From Infirmifilum sp. (lineage in GTDB: Archaea > Thermoproteota > Thermoprotei > Thermofilales > Thermofilaceae), in the NCBI GenBank assembly GCA_041287245.1, contig JBEULP010000117.1, positions 1 through 64,000 of the forward strand: a DNA stretch of 64,000 nucleotides. The letters are read 5' to 3'. A program made the position numbers and the translations under genes. This document shows, piece by piece, positions 37,614 through 48,346 of this stretch (the stretch's first letter is position 1; the number at the start of each line of letters is the position of its first letter). The notes under the pieces were generated by a model, which saw only the letters and a program-made list of their open reading frames with translations, searched no databases and was not told where the DNA came from.

Positions 37614-38990
37614 TCACCGAGCAAAGCCTATGACTTCAAACTCCATATATATTTCTTCGAGTATTCTTATAAAATCCTCACTTACTTCCGGATTACGTGT
37701 GGTTATAACACTAGTATAAGCTTTCCTCGCAGAATAGCCCTCCTTAATCTTCGCGTCGACCTCTAGGGCTAAATTTAACAGCGTTGTACGGCTGAAACGT
37801 GAAAGGAGAGTTTGATACGGAGCAGCGAGTTTTTCTGTTGTTTCAAGGTCAAACCCTGTTACTTGCGAGAATAATTTTAAAACGAAGGGTTTGTCGGGAA
37901 TCCGGATGTAAATAATTATTGTTTCACTCCTTGGAAGACTCCTGAGACCTGAAGCTCCAAGCTCGTGGAAAAACAATATCTTCTGTTTACAGTTCATATC
38001 CTTAATTGCGTAATCTGTGAATAGTTTCTCCTCCTCAATTGATGTCCCAGTTACTACCAGATACTTCCTAGGGGACGGTTCCTCGCAAAGCCTCCTGAAT
38101 GCTTCTACAATAGGTTCCAGGTCCCAAAAAATCAAACTTGGGTCATACTTTGTCCTGCGCTCTCTTCTTTTATAAACAGATGATTTCAATGTATAGATGT
38201 ATGAAGGTAGCTTTAACGTTGATATTTCAACCCCGTTTAGCGTTAAAGAGGTTCCTATAGAGGCGGCTAAGGCGAAGATATCTTTTGGAGTTAGCGTTCC
38301 GGTCATCTCCAACGGAACTAGCAGGAGAAAAACCTGGGGCAGCACAAGTGTACCCAGTTTTTTATCTTCTGATATTGAGGGCGCCGTTAAGGTTATTATT
38401 AGAATGAAAAACTCGACTATAAGCCTAGGATTCGAGTTAAACAAACCTATGAGATAAGAGTAGAAGAGAACCGCATCTGAAAGTTGCCCCCTGGTACTTC
38501 TAGGTAACCCGCCAGGAAGAGCTAAGAGTGGGGTGAAAAAGATGCTCGAAGTAGAGAATAGAAGAGAAAATGTAAATAAGGTACTTGTGAATATCAAGCT
38601 GGTGAAAAATGCCTCATGAGGCTTTTCTTTTGACGACAAATAATAGAGGAGCCCTAATATAACCCCCACATAGTCTGGAAATACAATAACCAGGGGAGGT
38701 AACAGTAGAAGCGTGAGCGCAGACATCCAGTCATGAATATTTTTCACCGAATCCAAAAGCAGAAAGGGTAGCAAGACGACTAGATAAAAAAACTCTCCAA
38801 TCCTATACAAAACAAAGAAGAAGACTAACAAGAATGACGGCAGCGCTGCTGAAGGACTGAAAACGGCAGAAACCAAGGGGATGAGAAATAGGTATTTTTC
38901 TGTAAGAATTTGAGGAAGAACGGAGCTATATACGATTTCAATAGACGCTACGCCGCAAAACGCTAGGAATCGCTGCTTCAAGTTAGCCAC
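37614..38990 (-). CDS. Multi-pass membrane protein with soluble C-terminal domain
   Basis: About 250 hydrophobic residues, then a cytoplasmic domain. Confidence 0.7.
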   Translation of the reverse strand: MANLKQRFLAFCGVASIEIVYSSVLPQILTEKYLFLIPLVSAVFSPSAALPSFLLVFFFVLYRIGEFFYLVVLLPFLLLDSVKNIHDWMSALTLLLLPPLVIVFPDYVGVILGLLYYLSSKEKPHEAFFTSLIFTSTLFTFSLLFSTSSIFFTPLLALPGGLPRSTRGQLSDAVLFYSYLIGLFNSNPRLIVEFFILIITLTAPSISEDKKLGTLVLPQVFLLLVPLEMTGTLTPKDIFALAASIGTSLTLNGVEISTLKLPSYIYTLKSSVYKRRERRTKYDPSLIFWDLEPIVEAFRRLCEEPSPRKYLVVTGTSIEEEKLFTDYAIKDMNCKQKILFFHELGASGLRSLPRSETIIIYIRIPDKPFVLKLFSQVTGFDLETTEKLAAPYQTLLSRFSRTTLLNLALEVDAKIKEGYSARKAYTSVITTRNPEVSEDFIRILEEIYMEFEVIGFAR

Positions 38991-39084
38991 AGAGACACAC
39001 GCCTATCAACTGATGCCTTGTGAAGCTAAAAAGATTATTTTCCAGCATCACAAATAATTTAACTTCGTTTGGAACTTTGAACAC

Positions 39085-40182
39085 ATGCAACCTTTCAAAA
39101 ATCACATTGAGAAGCTTCTAAGAATATTAGCAGATAAAAACCTTAAAGCAGCCCTTGTTTTTTCATCCCCGAATGTTTTCTATTTTACTGGAACAGACGC
39201 GCCTATAGCCGCTTTAATTTCGGAGGACTCGAGTGTCACCCTGATATCAAACAGGTTGGAGTATCTGAGAGCAGTTGAGGAGCATGCGGTTGGAGAGGTG
39301 TACGCCTTTTCAAAGTCAAAGGACATTGCCGAATATGAGAAGATCCTTCAAGGCGACGCATATGACGCTATCAAACACCTCGTGGAAGGCGTGCCTCCTG
39401 AAAAGATAGGTGTTGCAGGGGCAGGACGTGAATTACAGGAGAAATTGAAGGAGAAGCTGGGCTCCGGTTTTCAAGATATCTCGAAGGAAATTATTTTGTT
39501 GAGAAGGCAAAAGGATCAGGTGGAGCTGGAACGGATTAAGACAGCTGCTAGGATAGCAGAGAGAGCCATGGGGAGAGCTGTTGACGCCCTTGAAAGGGGT
39601 ATAACTGAGTATGAGGTTGTTGCTGAGATATTGTCGGTTATTTTAAGGCACAGGGCTTACCCGTCGTTCGATCCTATTGTAGCCTTTGGAGAACATGCTG
39701 CTCATCCGCATGCAAAACCTTCAAATAGAGAACTCAGGGAGGGTGATTTTGTAAAAATAGACTTGGGAGCAAGATATCAAGGATATTGTAGCGACATGAC
39801 GCGTACTGTGATTTTTGGTAAGAGCTCGCCAAAACAAGAAAGAATTTTTAATGCTGTCCTTAAGGCTCAGGAACGTGCGCTCACACTTTTACGTCCCGGT
39901 GTAAAGGCTAGGCAGGTTCACGAGGCGGCGTATCAAGCTTTGCAGGAAGAGGGATTGCACTATTACTTTAATCACGGTTTGGGGCATGGCGTTGGCATTG
40001 AGATTCATGAAGAGCCCTACCTTAACGCGGAGAGCGAGACAGAGCTAATTCCAGGGGACGTAGTTACTGTTGAGCCGGGAGTTTATATGGCAGGATACCT
40101 GGGCGTGCGCATCGAAGATATGGTGTTAGTCACGAATGACGGTTCAGAAGTTTTAACCTACTTTGCACGCTCCCTCTTCTAA
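39085..40182 (+). CDS. Xaa-Pro aminopeptidase (M24B)
   Basis: PH, DLG, SDMTRT, HGLGHGVGIEIHE, TVEPG, RIED. Confidence 0.95.
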   Translation: MQPFKNHIEKLLRILADKNLKAALVFSSPNVFYFTGTDAPIAALISEDSSVTLISNRLEYLRAVEEHAVGEVYAFSKSKDIAEYEKILQGDAYDAIKHLVEGVPPEKIGVAGAGRELQEKLKEKLGSGFQDISKEIILLRRQKDQVELERIKTAARIAERAMGRAVDALERGITEYEVVAEILSVILRHRAYPSFDPIVAFGEHAAHPHAKPSNRELREGDFVKIDLGARYQGYCSDMTRTVIFGKSSPKQERIFNAVLKAQERALTLLRPGVKARQVHEAAYQALQEEGLHYYFNHGLGHGVGIEIHEEPYLNAESETELIPGDVVTVEPGVYMAGYLGVRIEDMVLVTNDGSEVLTYFARSLF

Positions 40183-40393
40183 TCATCGGTACATCATGCT
40201 TGCCGTGGGTCTACATTTTTGATCTTTTCCTAAGGATTTAGAGTCTGTTAAGCGTAGTCGTACTTTAAGTCTCACTGGAGCCTATGTGGGACTAGGGCTT
40301 GTAACGCTGGAAAGAAGGAGTATGAGAGTATATAGTGAAGCTACAAATACTGAGGGCAGAGATAGAAGATTATCGCATTTTCCAATGTTGTCC

Positions 40394-41080
40394 CTAGAGA
40401 AATGTAGGATCATTTTTTGCGAGGAAATCATGGATTGAGCGAGCAAGACTTTGGGCTAGACGCAGGGGTTCGGGAGTTTTGCCGTGAAGAGTTAAAAGGT
40501 TAAGAACCTCTCTTACCTCTCTTTCGCTCAACCCGGCAAATCGCGCGTACACATAGCTTTTAGTGGCTTTGATATATACTCGCTCCCTTTCTCCCAGCTT
40601 GCGATACAATCTAAGTCGCTCTTCTTCTCCTGGAAAATATTCTCGAATATATTTTTCGAGGCCGTCCGACTCTTCATAGCTGAGACAAATTACAGGTATT
40701 CCCAATTCTTCGTACAAAGAAAATATATCTACAATGTTAAACCAGCTTATTATACAGCCATTAAGCATTATTATGTTGAGGTCTTTTCTTTGGGTTTCTC
40801 TCACAAGCTGAGCAATCTTGTCTGTTGCATCAAGGCCACCCACACTAACCCATGTAATGTAAAAGCCGTCGATAACACTGTCTCTCCGATAAGAGACAGC
40901 AGCGATTATGGATCGTCTCTGTTTCTTATTGAAGCACTCGGCTACTCCGAGAACTCGGAAAGCAGGTTTCGTTGGGTGTATTTTGCGTGTAGATGACTCT
41001 CGCCGCGCTAATGGAGTATGCTGTGAAAAAAGAGAAGCTTCACCGAAAAAAGAAGCGTTAAGACGATGGTTGCCTTCCAT
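40394..41080 (-). CDS. DUF99 / endonuclease V-like protein
   Basis: RVLGVAE, VGGLDAT, GCIISWFN, PEPLRLA; start uncertain. Confidence 0.85.
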   Translation of the reverse strand: MEGNHRLNASFFGEASLFSQHTPLARRESSTRKIHPTKPAFRVLGVAECFNKKQRRSIIAAVSYRRDSVIDGFYITWVSVGGLDATDKIAQLVRETQRKDLNIIMLNGCIISWFNIVDIFSLYEELGIPVICLSYEESDGLEKYIREYFPGEEERLRLYRKLGERERVYIKATKSYVYARFAGLSEREVREVLNLLTLHGKTPEPLRLAQSLARSIHDFLAKNDPTFL

Positions 41081-41213
41081 ATACTAGCATATGGGAAACA
41101 GAGAAAAAAACCTTTGGCTTCTAGTCCCCCAGGAGGGAGTTTTCCGAGCGCTAAAACTGCCATGACGGGTCTAAGCGTTAAACCATATATGGAAGTTGTT
41201 AGTTAGGGATTCG

Positions 41214-42251
41214 ATGCTTAGGCTTCCAAGGACTATTGAGTGGAAAAATGGCTTGGTTAGGCTGATAAACCAAAAGGAGCTTCCTGAAAGGCTAGTTTAT
41301 GTTGAAACTAGTGATTGGAAGAGAGTGGCGAAAGCAATAAAGGATATGGAGATCCGGGGGGCGCCAGCCATAGGTGTCGCTGCGGCTTTCGCACTGGCTC
41401 TTTTCGCGTATCACTCAACTCATAAAACCCTAGACTTATTTATGAAGGAATTTTATACAGTTGCCGAAGAGGTTAAGAAAACAAGGCCTACGGCTGTTAA
41501 TCTGACGTGGGCTGTTGAACGCATAATGTCTAAGGTTAAGCTGGCCTCGAGCATTGATGACGCTAGGAATACAATTATCGAAGAGGCTCTCAGGATTCAG
41601 GAGGAGGACGAGAATGCTAACCGTAGAATAGGAGAGATAGGTTCGGAGCTAATAAGTGATGGCGACACTGTAATAACTGTATGTAATGCAGGTTCTCTAG
41701 CTACGAGCTATTGGGGGACTGCTACAGCTCCGATGTATGTTGCATATGAGAAAGGTAAAAGGTTCCGAGTAATAGCGCTAGAGACCCGTCCTTACCTTCA
41801 AGGAGCAAGGCTCACTGCATGGGAGTTAAGCCAGGCTGGGATTGACGTTGTGATTGCCACCGATAACAGCATTGGGATTCTAGCTATGAAAGAAAAGATA
41901 GACTTGGCGATTGTTGGTGCAGATAGAATTACCCGCAGAGGATGGGTAGCCAATAAGCTGGGAACCTATCCTTTGGCTTTGATATCCCGTGTACATAACA
42001 TACCGTTTTATGTCGCCGCGCCTACCAGCACGCTCGATTTGAGATCCGAAGGCCCAGGGGATTTTGAGATCGAGAGACGCGACCCGGAGGAAGTATTATA
42101 TTGGAAAGGTTATAGGATAGCTCCTGACAAAGTGAGTGCAATCTACTATGCATTTGACGTCACACCGCCCCAGCTTATCACAGGTATTATTACAGAAAGG
42201 GGAATCCTCTATCCCCCCTACGAGAAGAGCATTCCAGGTGCTGTGAAATAA
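41214..42251 (+). CDS. mtnA: Methylthioribose-1-phosphate isomerase (eIF2B-like family)
   Basis: IRGAPAIG, TRPTAVNL, CNAGSLA, ETRPYLQGARLT, ANKLGT, AFDVTP. Confidence 0.92.
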   Translation: MLRLPRTIEWKNGLVRLINQKELPERLVYVETSDWKRVAKAIKDMEIRGAPAIGVAAAFALALFAYHSTHKTLDLFMKEFYTVAEEVKKTRPTAVNLTWAVERIMSKVKLASSIDDARNTIIEEALRIQEEDENANRRIGEIGSELISDGDTVITVCNAGSLATSYWGTATAPMYVAYEKGKRFRVIALETRPYLQGARLTAWELSQAGIDVVIATDNSIGILAMKEKIDLAIVGADRITRRGWVANKLGTYPLALISRVHNIPFYVAAPTSTLDLRSEGPGDFEIERRDPEEVLYWKGYRIAPDKVSAIYYAFDVTPPQLITGIITERGILYPPYEKSIPGAVK

Positions 42252-42329
42252 AAGATTTTCTCTTTCTATTTTGGTGAAAAACGTGTATGTTTTAAACCAC
42301 TTAACTCTTAATTTAAGCGCGTGCGTACA

Positions 42330-42755
42330 ATGCCGGTAAGGCTAATAAGACTTAAAAGGCTAATAGATCTGATCCATGTTCTAAATGTAAGCCAGCTTCC
42401 ATTGATTCACCACTATACCCTAGATTCTACACATCTCTATTTTGTCCCAGTGACGCTAGGAGGCGAGCCCAGCGTAATTTATTACTACGAGTCGGCTCAG
42501 CCCTTACAGGGAGTCTACGTATTATTTAATAACTTTACAGGCGAGATTATCGTGTCGAACAAGTGGCTATCAGATAGTAAGTATTCCATTATACCCATAA
42601 TAGAGGTTGAGTCTCAAAGCTTCTTTACGTCTAAGGAATTCTTCAATGAGATTCAAAGACACCACGCACATAGGATGAAGAAAGAGAAGCAGGAGAAAGT
42701 GCCAGTGTCTCATAATGAGGAGGTCTTAGCCCCGCATGTTAGTGCCCAGTCTTGA
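42330..42755 (+). CDS. Hypothetical protein
   Basis: About 140-aa ORF with upstream TATA-like TTTTAAA. Confidence 0.65.
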   Translation: MPVRLIRLKRLIDLIHVLNVSQLPLIHHYTLDSTHLYFVPVTLGGEPSVIYYYESAQPLQGVYVLFNNFTGEIIVSNKWLSDSKYSIIPIIEVESQSFFTSKEFFNEIQRHHAHRMKKEKQEKVPVSHNEEVLAPHVSAQS

Positions 42756-42870
42756 TTATGTCCCTTATTATGGATCCTAGAAACACCCAGCCCCCTTTGA
42801 ATTTTGCCGATAGAAGCACAAATACCGCAGAGTTTATAAACAAATTATACCAAAGCCTAGCTGGGATAAT

Positions 42871-43254
42871 ATGCAACGGGCTATTTCGTCGAAACCCACC
42901 AAGGTGCGAAAAAGATCAGTCTATACTGCTCCACTACATGTTAGGTCCAAGAGAATAGTTGCTCCTCTATCAGATGAGTTGAGTGAAAAACTGGGCATAA
43001 AGAGAATACGTGTGAGAACAGGAGATCGAGTTCTCATTGTGAGAGGAGCCTTTAAAGGACATGAGGGCAAGGTCGTTCGAGTAAACGTGAAAAAAGAACG
43101 AATATACGTCGAAGGCGCCGTTTTAAGAAAAGCTGATGGTACAGAAGTTCCTTTCCCGATCCACCCCTCTAAGGTTGTTGTCATCGAACTTGACACGTCT
43201 GACAAACGTCGAAAAGAATTAGTCGGCAAGGTTTCTAGTGGTGGTGCTACATGA
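42871..43254 (+). CDS. rpl24: Ribosomal protein L24 (uL24)
   Basis: [20 protein letters not shown] motif, IHPSKV. Confidence 0.96.
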   Translation: MQRAISSKPTKVRKRSVYTAPLHVRSKRIVAPLSDELSEKLGIKRIRVRTGDRVLIVRGAFKGHEGKVVRVNVKKERIYVEGAVLRKADGTEVPFPIHPSKVVVIELDTSDKRRKELVGKVSSGGAT

Positions 43255-43997
43255 AGAGGAAGATAAAGAGTAGTCTTAGACACTTAAGAAGGTCTGTCGC
43301 CCCGCCCTTCTGGCCAATTAGCCGTAAGCAGTATGTGTGGACTGTAAGGCCTAAACCGGGACCCCATCCCTTGACAAGGAGTATTCCACTGGGGATAGTG
43401 ATAAGAGACCTTCTCGGATATGCTACTTCTATGAAGGAGGCTAGAAGGATACTGGCAGAGAAGAAAATAGCTGTAGACGGGAGGATTGTGACGGATTATA
43501 AGTTTCCAATCGGATTAATGGACGTCATTCATATTCTTCCAGAGGATAAATATTATAGAGTAGTTCCTGATGAGAAGGCTAAACTAAAACTCATAGAGAT
43601 TCGAAAAGAAGAGGCAGTCCACAAGCTGGGGCGCGTTATACGGAAGCAAACGGTCCCTGGGGGTGCAATCCAGATTACCCTCCACGACGGTAGAAACCTC
43701 ATACTTTCAAAGGAGGGAACCGAGGGTCAGTCTAACATAAAACCCTTTGACTCTGTTCTAATCACAATTCCGAAACAATCACTTGTAAGGCATATTCCGC
43801 TTAAAGAAGGTATACTCGCCGTGGTAACAGAGGGGAGACACACTGGCTTTGTAGGGCGCATAGAGTCTATTCAACACATCTTCAAAAGACGCAATGCTAT
43901 TGTTGTTTTGAAAAACGAAAAGGGCGAGACTATTAGAACCGTGTTAGAATATATACTTCCTGTTGGAGAAGAGCAATCGGTTTTAACTATAGGGTGA
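43251..43997 (+). CDS. rps4e: Ribosomal protein S4e
   Basis: [25 protein letters not shown]. Confidence 0.97.
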   Translation: MKRKIKSSLRHLRRSVAPPFWPISRKQYVWTVRPKPGPHPLTRSIPLGIVIRDLLGYATSMKEARRILAEKKIAVDGRIVTDYKFPIGLMDVIHILPEDKYYRVVPDEKAKLKLIEIRKEEAVHKLGRVIRKQTVPGGAIQITLHDGRNLILSKEGTEGQSNIKPFDSVLITIPKQSLVRHIPLKEGILAVVTEGRHTGFVGRIESIQHIFKRRNAIVVLKNEKGETIRTVLEYILPVGEEQSVLTIG

Positions 43998-43998
43998 G

Positions 43999-44550
43999 AT
44001 GAAAATGAAGGACACGTTAGTCATGGAAACAGATCATCCTATGCGCAAGGTCTTTATTTCAAAGGTAGTTGTTAATATTGGAGTTGGAGAAGGGGGTGAA
44101 AGGCTCGCAAAAGCAGCTAAGCTTCTTGAAGAACTGACAGGTCAGAAACCCTCCCTACGCAAGGCAAGGAAAAGCATAAAAGACTTCGGTGTTAGGAGAG
44201 GCGAAAATATAGCCGCAATGGTTACGCTTAGGGGAGAAAAGGCAATAACGTTTTTGAAGAAAGCTCTAGCTGCGGTAGAGAACAGGATTAATGAAAGAAG
44301 CATAGACCGGCATGGAAACTTTGCCTTCGGGGTTCGTGAACATATACTTCTACCCGGGGTTAAGTACGACCCTGAGGTAGGTATTTTTGGTTTCGATGTT
44401 ATTGTGCGTATGGAGAGACCAGGTTATCGTGTGGCTTGTAGAAGAAGAAAAAGATCCAAGATCGGTAAGAATCACTATGTTTCCAAAGACGAGACCATAG
44501 CTTTTTTAGAAAAAGTTTTAGGCGTGAATGTAGTTCGGTCGAAAAGGTGA
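43999..44550 (+). CDS. rpl5: Ribosomal protein L5 (uL5)
   Basis: VNIGVGEGG, VTLRG, GNFAFG, YDPEVGIFG. Confidence 0.97.
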   Translation: MKMKDTLVMETDHPMRKVFISKVVVNIGVGEGGERLAKAAKLLEELTGQKPSLRKARKSIKDFGVRRGENIAAMVTLRGEKAITFLKKALAAVENRINERSIDRHGNFAFGVREHILLPGVKYDPEVGIFGFDVIVRMERPGYRVACRRRKRSKIGKNHYVSKDETIAFLEKVLGVNVVRSKR

Positions 44551-44556
44551 AAATAT

Positions 44557-44721
44557 ATGGCTAAACTTCATCCTCCAAAAAAACGAAAATACGGGAAGGG
44601 TAGCCGTCGATGCGTCAGGTGTGGCACACACGAGGCAGTTATTCGAATATATGGTCTCAACTTATGCAGAAGATGTTTCCGTGAGGTTGCAGAAGAAATA
44701 GGATTCAAGAAATATTCGTAG
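44557..44721 (+). CDS. rps14: Ribosomal protein S14 (uS14); below ORF-track cutoff
   Basis: Hand translation [62 protein letters not shown]. Confidence 0.96.
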   Translation: MAKLHPPKKRKYGKGSRRCVRCGTHEAVIRIYGLNLCRRCFREVAEEIGFKKYS

Positions 44722-44733
44722 AGGTGAAAACGT

Positions 44734-45123
44734 ATGATAATGGATACTTTAGCTAATGCCCTTGCGACAATTCTCAGTAACGAGGAGAGAGGAAGTAAGG
44801 AATGCATTATCTATCCCTCGTCGAAGCTTATCGCTCAGGTTCTGAATGTAATGAAACAGCAAGGCTACATTGAAGACTTCGAGTATATTAACGATGGGCG
44901 AGGCGGAAAATTTATTGTCAAGCTGAACGGCCGCATCAACAAATGCGGTGCTATTAAGCCTAGATTTTCTGTAAAGAAAGACGAATATAGTAAGTGGGAA
45001 CAACAGTTTCTCCCCTCGCGGGACATTGGGATTCTAATCGTATCTACGCCTCGCGGGGTTATGAGTCATAGAGAAGCGCAGGAAAAGAACCTCGGTGGTG
45101 TCCTAGTAGCATATGTCTATTAA
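44734..45123 (+). CDS. rps8: Ribosomal protein S8 (uS8)
   Basis: [27 protein letters not shown]. Confidence 0.97.
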   Translation: MIMDTLANALATILSNEERGSKECIIYPSSKLIAQVLNVMKQQGYIEDFEYINDGRGGKFIVKLNGRINKCGAIKPRFSVKKDEYSKWEQQFLPSRDIGILIVSTPRGVMSHREAQEKNLGGVLVAYVY

Positions 45124-45136
45124 TGGTGATGTAGAA

Positions 45137-45589
45137 ATGAGCGGAGAAAACATGGAAAAAAGAGAGGAGAAAAGTGAGAAGAAAAAGCCTAAACCACAGT
45201 TACCTGCTGGAATTGTAAAACAGTTGAAGCTAAGATCTCGTATCTCGGCCCGAAGGCCAAAGTTCATCCGAATGAACTCCTGGATAATCAAAAGGCTAGA
45301 CGATGTTTGGCGTAGCCCCCGCCGAAGCCTCGAGAATAAAATACGGCTTCAACGTAAAGGCTTCCCGCCTCTTGTTAAGGTTGGATATAGGGGGCCTTCG
45401 AAGGTCCGCGGCCTTCACCCATCAGGATTCCAAGAAGTCATAGTCCACACACCCGAAGAACTCGAGAACATAGATCCCAACGTTCAAGCTGTTCGCATCG
45501 CGTCTACAGTTGGGAGGCGGAAGAGAATCGAAATAATTAAAAAGGCTGATGAGAAGGGGATCCGTATACTTAATGTTGGGGGTGCGTAG
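45137..45589 (+). CDS. rpl32e: Ribosomal protein L32e
   Basis: PKFIR, VGYRGP, RGLHPSG. Confidence 0.95.
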   Translation: MSGENMEKREEKSEKKKPKPQLPAGIVKQLKLRSRISARRPKFIRMNSWIIKRLDDVWRSPRRSLENKIRLQRKGFPPLVKVGYRGPSKVRGLHPSGFQEVIVHTPEELENIDPNVQAVRIASTVGRRKRIEIIKKADEKGIRILNVGGA

Positions 45590-45591
45590 AG

Positions 45592-46035
45592 ATGGATGTG
45601 AGCGTTGCTCGTAGGCTGGCATCTGAAGTACTGGGAGTCGGTGAAAGTAGAATATGGATTGACCCAGATCACCTTGAAGACGTTGCAGCCGCAATTAGTC
45701 GTGATGATGTACGCCGCCTTCTAAAAGACGGTGTAATACGCGTTTTGCCCCCCTCTACACCCTCTCGTGGACGATTGAGGATACGCAAGTCCAAGAAAAG
45801 AGGGAGGGGGCCTGGAAGCAGAAAAGGCCCACGCGTAGATGAGAAAAAGGTGTGGATGGCTCGCGTCAGATCTCAAAGAAGATATCTCAAGGCCTTAAAG
45901 GAAAAGGGCTTAATGAATAGCAAAGATTTTTGGACGGTGTATAAGCTCGTCAAAGGTGGCATGTTTAGAAGTCTCTCCCACCTTAAGCTTTATCTCTCGG
46001 AACATAAGCTTGTAAAGGTGAAAGAAGGTGCCTAA
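45592..46035 (+). CDS. rpl19e: Ribosomal protein L19e
   Basis: [28 protein letters not shown]. Confidence 0.96.
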   Translation: MDVSVARRLASEVLGVGESRIWIDPDHLEDVAAAISRDDVRRLLKDGVIRVLPPSTPSRGRLRIRKSKKRGRGPGSRKGPRVDEKKVWMARVRSQRRYLKALKEKGLMNSKDFWTVYKLVKGGMFRSLSHLKLYLSEHKLVKVKEGA

Positions 46036-46618
46036 AACTTCAACTTATCGTATAGCTTTGAAACGGAGGAGAGAAGGCAAGACGAACTATTATAAGCGGA
46101 GGAAGCTTATACTTTCCAAGAAACCCCGCCTCGTCGTCAGAGTGTTGTCTAGGACGATAGTGGTTCAGCTTGTGAAAGCGGCTCCAAAAGGTGATATAAC
46201 CTTAGCGGCTGCAAGTTCTAAAGAGCTTCTAAAATATGGGTGGAAGGGTGGCTTGAAGAATACCTCCTCTGCCTATCTTCTAGGGCTGTTGGTTGCTTTA
46301 AAGGCTAAAAAGAAAGACGTAGAAGAAGCCGTCCTTGACATAGGCTTACACCGTCCTGTCAAAGGGTCTCGCGTGTTTGCTGTGGCTAAAGGTGCTATTG
46401 ATGGGGGATTGAACATCCCTGCGGGCTCGGAGATATTCCCAGAAGAGAGTAGAATAAAGGGAGAACATATAGCGTCGTATGCCAGTATGCTTAAAGAGAA
46501 GGATCCAGAGTTATACAAAAAACGCTTTTCCATCTACCTGGCTAACGGGATAGAACCAGAAAATCTGCCAAGCCACTTCGAGGAAGTTAAGAATGCACTT
46601 CTAAAAGCTGATCCATGA
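46028..46618 (+). CDS. rpl18: Ribosomal protein L18 (uL18)
   Basis: [24 protein letters not shown]. Confidence 0.97.
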   Translation: MPKTSTYRIALKRRREGKTNYYKRRKLILSKKPRLVVRVLSRTIVVQLVKAAPKGDITLAAASSKELLKYGWKGGLKNTSSAYLLGLLVALKAKKKDVEEAVLDIGLHRPVKGSRVFAVAKGAIDGGLNIPAGSEIFPEESRIKGEHIASYASMLKEKDPELYKKRFSIYLANGIEPENLPSHFEEVKNALLKADP

Positions 46619-46666
46619 GGGAAAGGTTATATAATATGCTAGTTGTTGGATGTTGAGGTGGATTTT

Positions 46667-47278
46667 ATGTCGCTCGGTAACTGGGTTCCACGGACACAGG
46701 TTGGGAGACTCGTGGCGGAGGGTAAAATAAAATCAATAGAAGAGATCTTCGCAAGAAACCTTCCAATTAGAGAAGTTGAAATAATCGACGCTTTGCTGCC
46801 TGACCTTAAGTTCGAAGTTCTTAATGTTAACTTCGTCCAGCGTCAGACCGACTCTGGCGAGGTCAGCCAGTATCAGGTTACTGTCGCCGTCGGTAATGAA
46901 AATGGCTTTGTAGGAGTGGGTATGGGGAAGTCTAAACATATAGGCACAGCTATAGACAAGGCCGTTAAAAGGGCTAAGCTAAGCATTGTCCCCGTAAGAA
47001 GAGGATGCGGCAGCTGGGAGTGTCTCTGCGGAGCACCTCACAGTGTTCCTTTTAAGGTTGAAGGAAAGAGCGGTAGCGTGAAGATAGTATTACTTCCAGC
47101 ACCTAAAGGAGTTGGAATTGTCGCATCGGATGTAGCAAAGGTTGTGCTACGGCTAGCCGGTGTGAGCGACGTCTGGTCCAGGTCGTTTGGTGAGACGCGA
47201 ACAACTCATAACATGGCAAAGGCTGTTTATGAAGCTCTCAAGCAAACCTCCAAGATACATACTCCTGACATGTGGTGA
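46667..47278 (+). CDS. rps5: Ribosomal protein S5 (uS5)
   Basis: WVPRT..GRLV, RGCGSWEC, PAPKG. Confidence 0.97.
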   Translation: MSLGNWVPRTQVGRLVAEGKIKSIEEIFARNLPIREVEIIDALLPDLKFEVLNVNFVQRQTDSGEVSQYQVTVAVGNENGFVGVGMGKSKHIGTAIDKAVKRAKLSIVPVRRGCGSWECLCGAPHSVPFKVEGKSGSVKIVLLPAPKGVGIVASDVAKVVLRLAGVSDVWSRSFGETRTTHNMAKAVYEALKQTSKIHTPDMW

Positions 47279-47283
47279 AGGAA

Positions 47284-47754
47284 ATGACGTTGCTTTTTGT
47301 GTTAAGGCTTAGAGGAAAGCCTGATAGAACTCCCGATCAAGAGAAGGCTTTAGAGCTGTTAAGGCTTCACAAAACATGGCATGCTACACTCGTCCAGGAC
47401 ACTCCCTCTATAAGAGGAATGCTTGAGAAAACTCTGAACAATGTGGTCACATACGGTGAAATACGCAAAGATGTGCTTATAGAGCTTTTGAAAAAACGCG
47501 CAAGGCTAGAGGGAAATAAGAAGCTAACAGAGGAATATCTCAAGTCAATAGGATATGATAGCTTCGAGAGTCTGGCTGATGCCCTTCTCAAAGGAAGCGT
47601 TAGCCTAAATGAAATTCCAAAGCTTAAGCCAGTATTTCGCCTCCACCCCCCAGCTAAGGGGTTTAAGGGAACAATTAGGAAACAATATAAAGGAGGCGGC
47701 GAGGCGGGATACCGAGGAGAGGCTATAAACGACCTAATTTTGAAAATGCTATAA
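47284..47754 (+). CDS. rpl30: Ribosomal protein L30 (uL30)
   Basis: LRLRG, RGML, FRLHPP..GF, GYRG..IN.LI. Confidence 0.96.
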   Translation: MTLLFVLRLRGKPDRTPDQEKALELLRLHKTWHATLVQDTPSIRGMLEKTLNNVVTYGEIRKDVLIELLKKRARLEGNKKLTEEYLKSIGYDSFESLADALLKGSVSLNEIPKLKPVFRLHPPAKGFKGTIRKQYKGGGEAGYRGEAINDLILKML

Positions 47755-47893
47755 TGCTTCATCCTGTGTTTTAACTCTTCTAACCCATAAACGTTGTTTG
47801 AAAGACTAGGCACTCCAGGATTCAGGTACCCCTAGCCCTCATACGGTAAGTTTAAAAAAGGCTCTCAAAAATTGCAATGAGGGGTGCATTGAC

Positions 47894-48346
47894 TTGGTTA
47901 GACGCCGTGAAAAAAAGAGCAAGTATTTCCGAGGAAGCAGGACTTGCGGGTGGGGGCGTGTAGCTCAGCATCGCAGGAGCGGGAGGAAAGGTGGCAGAGG
48001 CTTTGTAGGTTTTCACAAACACAAGTGGAGCTGGGCTGTAAAGTATGCGCCTGATTGGTATGGCGCATATGGTTTTAAGCGGCATCCTTCCATAATGATC
48101 CATTATTCTGTTCTCAACGTTGGTCTTTTGGATGAGCAGATCGATAAGCTTGTTGAAAAAGGTCTGGCGACTAAAGAAGGAGATAAGTACGTTGTCGATC
48201 TTTCCAGGCTAGGGGTAAACAAGCTTACAGGGGCAGGCCAGGTCACCAAGAAAATTGTAGTAACTGTTTATAAGGCTACGGAGCAGGCTGTTGAAAAGAT
48301 CAAATCAGCGGGAGGAGAGATCATTGTTAGCGGTGAAGCGAATTGA
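47894..48346 (+). CDS. rpl15: Ribosomal protein L15 (uL15)
   Basis: RGSRTCGWG, GGRG..G..KHKW, EKIKSAGG. Confidence 0.96.
   Translation: MVRRREKKSKYFRGSRTCGWGRVAQHRRSGRKGGRGFVGFHKHKWSWAVKYAPDWYGAYGFKRHPSIMIHYSVLNVGLLDEQIDKLVEKGLATKEGDKYVVDLSRLGVNKLTGAGQVTKKIVVTVYKATEQAVEKIKSAGGEIIVSGEAN

Noticed and set aside
42752..42958. 68-aa ORF upstream of L24 (and 51078-51281 upstream of L3)
   Set aside because: They span promoter regions, overlap real genes out of frame and do not resemble ribosomal proteins
44568..44807. 79-aa ORF on the - strand
   Set aside because: Antisense shadow of S14/S8
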